Source: Fistulifera solaris
Taxonomy: Eukaryota
Assembly (NCBI GenBank): GCA_030295235.1
Contig: AP026172.1
Coordinates: forward strand, 868,001 to 932,000
Direction: 5' to 3'
DNA length: 64,000 nucleotides
Positions 58,839 to 64,000 of the stretch are shown here, piece by piece. Position 1 is the first letter of the stretch; each line of letters opens with the position of its first letter. Under the pieces are notes generated by a model, which saw only the letters and a program-made list of their open reading frames with translations, ran no database searches and was not told the DNA's origin. A program made the translations under genes and the position numbers.

Positions 58839-59977
58839 TCAAGACGAACCTAAGTTGTGAAACAGAGTTTCACTCCGCGGTATAGCAATCGCCTCCGCTT
58901 CTCCTCCGACTCCAATCGCAACAGCTGCTTGCCGATCGGGACAATCCATAATTTGGGTCGGTGCAAGTTGCACCAACTGCGACCACGCCCCGGGTGCATG
59001 CGCCAAGCGGAACTGAAACGCGTGCCCTACAAAGGTTCCTTCAAACTTTGTAGCACTTGCCCAGTCCCACATAAAATCGGGTAAGTTCGTGGTCTCACGG
59101 CCCAAGTGAAACTTGAAGGTTTCTTGACAGTCTTCGGCTGCCGGTGCCACATAGTAGCCATGCAGAGGACATCCCGCCACATTGCGAAATGCCACATCGA
59201 GTGTATGACACGGCCGACCCTCGGCGGGTGGTGTTCGAGCGTACATCGGATCGAAAGTCGCATCCTCACGTATGGGCTCCAAGTCTTCCAATGGACAATT
59301 GACAAGCAGTTCGGGGGGAATGTTGCTGCCAATCGGAATGAGGCCAACTCGATGCTGCATCAGAATAGGTCCTGCGGAACCATCTGGAAGGATTTCCCGT
59401 GCTTGAAACGAATGACCTTGATAAGTATGCAAGGCCATCCACTGTCCAGGCTGCAACTGCGTCGTTTCATCCTGCATCGGCACCAGCTGCGGATTGCGAG
59501 CTGATTTTTCATTCCCTTCGGCATCTAAGTAAGAAATAACTACTGCATGGCTTGATTTATTTTCGACAATCCACATAGTATCAAGCCCCGTTTGAATGTT
59601 CTGTTGTGCGTGTTGTTGTGTGAACGCTCCCGGATCTATCGGACAGTAAAAGGTCTTTTCGTTCGGCACATTCATGATAGTTCCTTGTGCTTTTAATGCT
59701 TGATAACGTGCCGCTCGACCCAATGTATCTTTGAAGGCATTGAATTGCTGGCGATCACAAACAACATCCGAATGGAAGCGCGCACCTTCTTGAATCGCAT
59801 TCGGATCAGGACATTTGCTTCCGCTGTTACTTGTGGCAGCTGCAGCTAAAGCAGCAGCGGCAGTCAGTGGGTTTGGCATGGTTGGGAAGCAACATGTATG
59901 TCAGCAAATGAATGTACCACAAAAGAATAGGGAAGATGAATAATAATCAATGCAAGCAAATAATACGAAAGCATCAT
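58839..59977 (-). CDS. Putative secreted protein with two pVHL-beta-like domains (signal peptide joined by a 1-bp fix near 59885)
   Basis: 'IVENKSSHAVVISYLDAEGNE...LQPGQWMALHTYQGHSF' and 'FRNVAGCPLHGYYV...TFVGHAFQFR' resemble the VHL beta fold; upstream MMLSYYLLALIII signal peptide. Confidence 0.6.
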
Positions 59978-60271
59978 GGTGTCTGTTTTTCTCCGGTCTG
60001 CATCTAAGGCAGCGCGGACTTTCCTACTACATGCGAATAGTAGATTAATCAGAGTTCTTTATGTCTTTGAGGGGTCATAAAGTCATTAAGTCGGAATGGA
60101 ACAAGCAAGCAAGGCAAGCAGCAAGCCGCGTCGTCTTGCCATCAACCAGACCTGCGACACAGGCGTCGACAACCATCAAGCGTTTTTATCGTCTTCCTCT
60201 CATTTCTTTTACCAGGTGATATCCATGTGCGATCGGCAATCATAAAGTATCATTTTTTACCTGAGATAACC

Positions 60272-61615
60272 ATGACAGAAGTGAGAGACACGAAAGATTC
60301 TGGAAAGGCGTTATTTGCGACACGCGAATATGCAATCGGTGATATCATCTTGCAAGAAGACAAGCCGTTGGCTATCTTGTCGCACACTACTTCTTATAGC
60401 GCTAAAAATGATTCTCCGTTCATTGCTATTGCGCAGGCTTATCAACAGAGCAACACCCAGTTAGATATTGAGGCGAAATTGTTATCGCTTTATCACCCAC
60501 AGGCTGACACGGCAAATCCTGCGGAACAGGAACTCTGGAAAAATAGCCAATCCGCCGCGGAAAACGACGATCGTCTTCACAAAATCATTATGATTGCATG
60601 CTGTAACTCTTTTCAAGGAGGATATGTGTACGAACATGCCAGTCGAATCAATCATTCCTGTCAGCCGAATGCAATTGTGAATATACAAGAGGACACTGGT
60701 GCATTGCTCTTACGAGCATTGACGCCGATTGTTGTCGGCGAAGAAATTGGCATTTCCTACGCCGGCTTGTATCTGTATACCGATACCAGGGCACGCCAGC
60801 ATGTATTGCGCCGTGATAAATTCTTTGATTGTGCCTGTGTACGGTGTCAAGAGGCTGTCGACCCGGCGAATATGATCCCTTGTACTAAATGTCATCCTCG
60901 GCACCAATCTCATTTGGATGAAGCGACCCAATACGATGACGACGACGAGCACCCCGTGAAATACATGATGTGGAAGAGTGATCAATTCGTTTGTGAGTCA
61001 TGCGATTATGTAGAAACGTTAAAATCATCTGTCGCTACCGTGGTACATTCTATCTCGGATAAAGTTTTGCAATTTCTTGAACAATACAAGGAACAAGACA
61101 ACAGCTCGAAGGCGTCCTCTGAACAGAAAGACAATGCGCCCCAGGACGAACAGGACGAAGAATTGGAATCGCTATTGCAGGAGCACTTATCGCTAGCGAG
61201 CAGTGTGTTGGGCGCTCGTCACTGGACGACAAATTTGTTGCTTCTACTGTATCTCGATCGGGGATTGAAGCAATACCACAAAAAGCTTATTTTTCAACAA
61301 GCGGCTGACGATGACATGCAGCTGGACTTGGCAGAACACATCGATCATTTACAACGTATCACGCAGTTTGTGAAAAGGCTAAAACTTCACTTGCACCCGG
61401 GCCATTTGCTTTCCGACGTGATTGTCGGGATAGCGCGTGCATTAGTAAGCTTGAGCGATGTCAAATCCGCTCAGTATGCTACCAGATGGTTGGATCATTT
61501 GATTGGATACGAGCCTTTCTTGTCTGAGGCGCTTGTCAAAGTGGTTGACTCGCTCAAAAGTGCATGGACACGTATGGAAGCCGACGAACCGGCACATAAA
61601 AAACTAAAGGGATAA
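60272..61615 (+). CDS. SET-domain (SMYD-like) lysine methyltransferase
   Basis: 'GKALFATREY..GD.IL', 'RINHSCQPN', 'GEEIGISY', post-SET 'FDCACVRC'. Confidence 0.88.
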   Translation: MTEVRDTKDSGKALFATREYAIGDIILQEDKPLAILSHTTSYSAKNDSPFIAIAQAYQQSNTQLDIEAKLLSLYHPQADTANPAEQELWKNSQSAAENDDRLHKIIMIACCNSFQGGYVYEHASRINHSCQPNAIVNIQEDTGALLLRALTPIVVGEEIGISYAGLYLYTDTRARQHVLRRDKFFDCACVRCQEAVDPANMIPCTKCHPRHQSHLDEATQYDDDDEHPVKYMMWKSDQFVCESCDYVETLKSSVATVVHSISDKVLQFLEQYKEQDNSSKASSEQKDNAPQDEQDEELESLLQEHLSLASSVLGARHWTTNLLLLLYLDRGLKQYHKKLIFQQAADDDMQLDLAEHIDHLQRITQFVKRLKLHLHPGHLLSDVIVGIARALVSLSDVKSAQYATRWLDHLIGYEPFLSEALVKVVDSLKSAWTRMEADEPAHKKLKG

Positions 61616-62094
61616 CGAGCTATCGAGCTTACAACAATGCAGTTATTTCTGACTCAGATACAGCCGTTCGCCGATTGCAGCCAATCCAAATATTTTTGTC
61701 GGGCAACAAGCTGTTAAGGAAGATCGATTGCTTCGTTAAAGTCTTGTGCAACGTTGCGTCAGAGAAGGCCGTTCGCAGAAAAGTGACCCTATTTGGGACT
61801 AAAGATAAATTTAGCGACCACCGGTCCTAAAAAGGGACCAAATAAGGTGGCATTTCAGGCACCGTTGGCTCCATCAGCTCTCGCATTAACAACAAATTTG
61901 GAATTGAGAATTTTGGAATAGTCTCGAATTACAGAAGACATTTTCGAAGCGCAGAGATTCCAAATTTCACCCATCCTTGGCTACATGGATGAGAACGAAG
62001 CACGTCTCAATTTTCGAGAGGCAACTCATCGTTCATTTTCTTACAAATTGCTTCTTTGATTTTCCCTTTTCATCTCTCGTAGCAATCTATACCA

Positions 62095-62517
62095 ATGGAC
62101 TACTCATCACCACAACTTAGTCAGCCGACTGCAATGTCGGACTCTCCAGAAATTGAGACGTTTGGCTGGAGCGATTTCCCTCTGCTTATGCTAAGTTCGC
62201 AGCACCACGAGACGAATTTCCGCGAAAACAGCACGTGGGGCTACTTTTGCGATACAACTTCTGCCTGTACCAACAAGATTGATCAGGGCTCTCTAGAATA
62301 TCATGTTATCTCGCTTTCCAACGGCGTTTTGTCAACCATTCCCGAAGAAGTTGAAGAAAAACTTGTTGCGACAAATTGTTGGTTGTCGACTGGCAATAAA
62401 GCTGTCAAGAACTTCATAAGCCGGGCAACACCAACAAGCGAAAAGACTCAGCAGTTGCTCTTTCTAATTGAGCCATATCGAAAGGAACAAAGAATGCGCT
62501 TCAGAGAGCATCACTAA
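62095..62517 (+). CDS. Hypothetical protein
   Basis: 140-aa ATG-initiated ORF in an otherwise empty interval; no recognisable domain. Confidence 0.35.
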   Translation: MDYSSPQLSQPTAMSDSPEIETFGWSDFPLLMLSSQHHETNFRENSTWGYFCDTTSACTNKIDQGSLEYHVISLSNGVLSTIPEEVEEKLVATNCWLSTGNKAVKNFISRATPTSEKTQQLLFLIEPYRKEQRMRFREHH

Positions 62518-62848
62518 GCAAGGTCGTCAAACAAGCTAACTTTGAATGCAGCAACATCGCCTTCTTCTAATGACTCGCGACGCTTAACGAGACACAGAAA
62601 GCTAAACTTCATTCACTTCTATCAAAACGTAAGCTTATTTAAATTTGGTCCAACAGTATGTACAATTTGAAGTCAAACTTAGGCGATGAGGTTGCTTGTT
62701 GGCCTTGGGAAGCGGATGCTCTCTTTACAATTGGTGAGCAACCACATCTTTGTTTGTGCATTGTGTTGATATTATCAACGAAGGTCTTAGCTATTGAATA
62801 TAACATAGGCATTTTGATACATGCATGCAGAATATGTGCAGAATCTTA

Positions 62849-64000
62849 TCAGTTCTCGTGAAGTCGCGAGAAGACGAAGACAGTTCCTCGATGACCACGA
62901 ACAATGCGTAGACTCTCGTCAACGAATAAAGTGTCGACGTACGCCATTCCGTGTCCACCTAAAGGGCGCGTGAAAGTATAACACATAGAGCTATCGTCAT
63001 TCATGTCCTTGGGAAGCTCAGCTCCCATTAGAATCTTGACAGCCAAAAGTTTGGCTTTTTCGGCAAAGCCGTGGGTTGGAGGATGCAGCGCAAAGAGACG
63101 GAGCCACTCACTCTGATCGACGGGATCGTCGTTGGGTTCAATTCTACCTCCTGTGATCCAAACCGACTGCCGGTTTGGCGTGTTTGGATCCTTCACGGTG
63201 TATCCAGTTGTTGTCATGATACCACGAATGGGGCGTCGGACATCCTTGTTTGGGGCGTTGGGATATGCTGCTTGCGGCGACTCGATAGTGAAAGCGGACA
63301 TGATACTGCGAGGTAAGAGAATTTGAGTTTAAAATCGCTCGGCTAATTGTCCTTCACTCGCAAATAACACTTACTCATAGGTGTGCAAATCAGCCCCATT
63401 CGCAACTTCCTCTTGCAATGCCTTTGGAACAGGAGTGCTCTCATGAATGCCGGCTCGTTCAACCGAGTTGAAATTACCCTGTAAGCTGCAAACAATCTGG
63501 GTTGGTGCGAACATGTCGAATGACAAACGGCCAAGTGTGTACATTGGATCACCGGCATCATTATCCCCAAGGTTGCCAAAGAAACTAGGCTTTGTCAGCG
63601 TCAGCCATTTTCCTTGACTCAACTCACCGTCGCCGTCGCAGATATTCAAGTTGAACGAGCTCTCCAAGAACTGAAGACACTCCTTAAAGCGGTCGCTGTT
63701 AGTTTCTCCACCCGAGATAGCTAACTCGTGTAAGATCCCATCACGAGCCTTTGTTATAGCCGATACTCTTACACTGGGTGGGATGTAGGCCACGACATCG
63801 TCGTTGTCGGGAACTGTGATAAAGGTAGGAGCGGCATCTTGAATATCGGTAGACTCGGACCCGCTATTTCCAAAGAAAGAGCTTCCTAAGGATGGAATAG
63901 TAAGCGGACTGATGCTACGGCCGAGCAAATAGCAGCTCATCATGAGACTTGATGGTAGCTTTTCATCATGTTGAGGTACTGTCGGGTGATGAACACGAAG
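62849..64000 (-). CDS. PAP/fibrillin-like (lipocalin-fold) domain protein, 5' end probably beyond the window; intron 63306-63374
   Basis: 'GKWLTL' and C-terminal 'YVDTLFVDESLRIVRGHRGTVFVFSR'; a GTAAGT..CGCAG intron joins the ORFs in frame; the frame is open to the window edge. Confidence 0.7.

Noticed and set aside
61785..61848. Imperfect inverted repeat CCCTATTTGGGAC / GTCCTAAAAAGGG
   Set aside because: Short and mismatched single occurrence; compatible with chance.

Overview
Gene-dense eukaryotic nuclear DNA, most likely from a diatom. The evidence is short GT-AG introns of about 65-120 bp, bipartite signal-peptide + 'A-F' plastid presequences on ClpB and a 2Fe-2S protein, and diatom-style PPR, HSF and RxL-motif proteins. 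About 30 protein-coding loci are present: Kir channel, 2Fe-2S protein, ZIP transporter, FIS1, a decayed amino-acid transporter, a DUF6174-like secreted protein, NAA35, RSL1D1, ATG6, PPR, glutamate-cysteine ligase, SLC35A, PUS3, FBPase, PDZ protein, MPST, HSF, RTEL1, TPR, ASNSD1, ATP10, lipocalin, plastid ClpB, VHL-like, SET and fibrillin-like proteins. Many conserved genes are split by 1-bp indels in homopolymers, which suggests an unpolished long-read assembly rather than real pseudogenes. The main candidate novel system is a secreted polyprotein (52975-54903) of 38 near-identical 16-aa Ser/Asp-rich units ending in RRHL, the architecture of a silacidin-type, RxL-processed biosilica peptide precursor. 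It lies next to a second secreted RRL-containing acidic protein. Non-coding highlights are a recurrent intergenic palindrome CAYGAC-N9-GTCRYG (7 exact copies), a degenerate ~200-220 bp tandem-repeat family at two loci 27 kb apart in opposite orientation, a TGACGT cluster upstream of the HSF gene, and a ~34-bp palindrome-cored array upstream of RTEL1. All family calls come from motif recognition by eye; no database searches were run.
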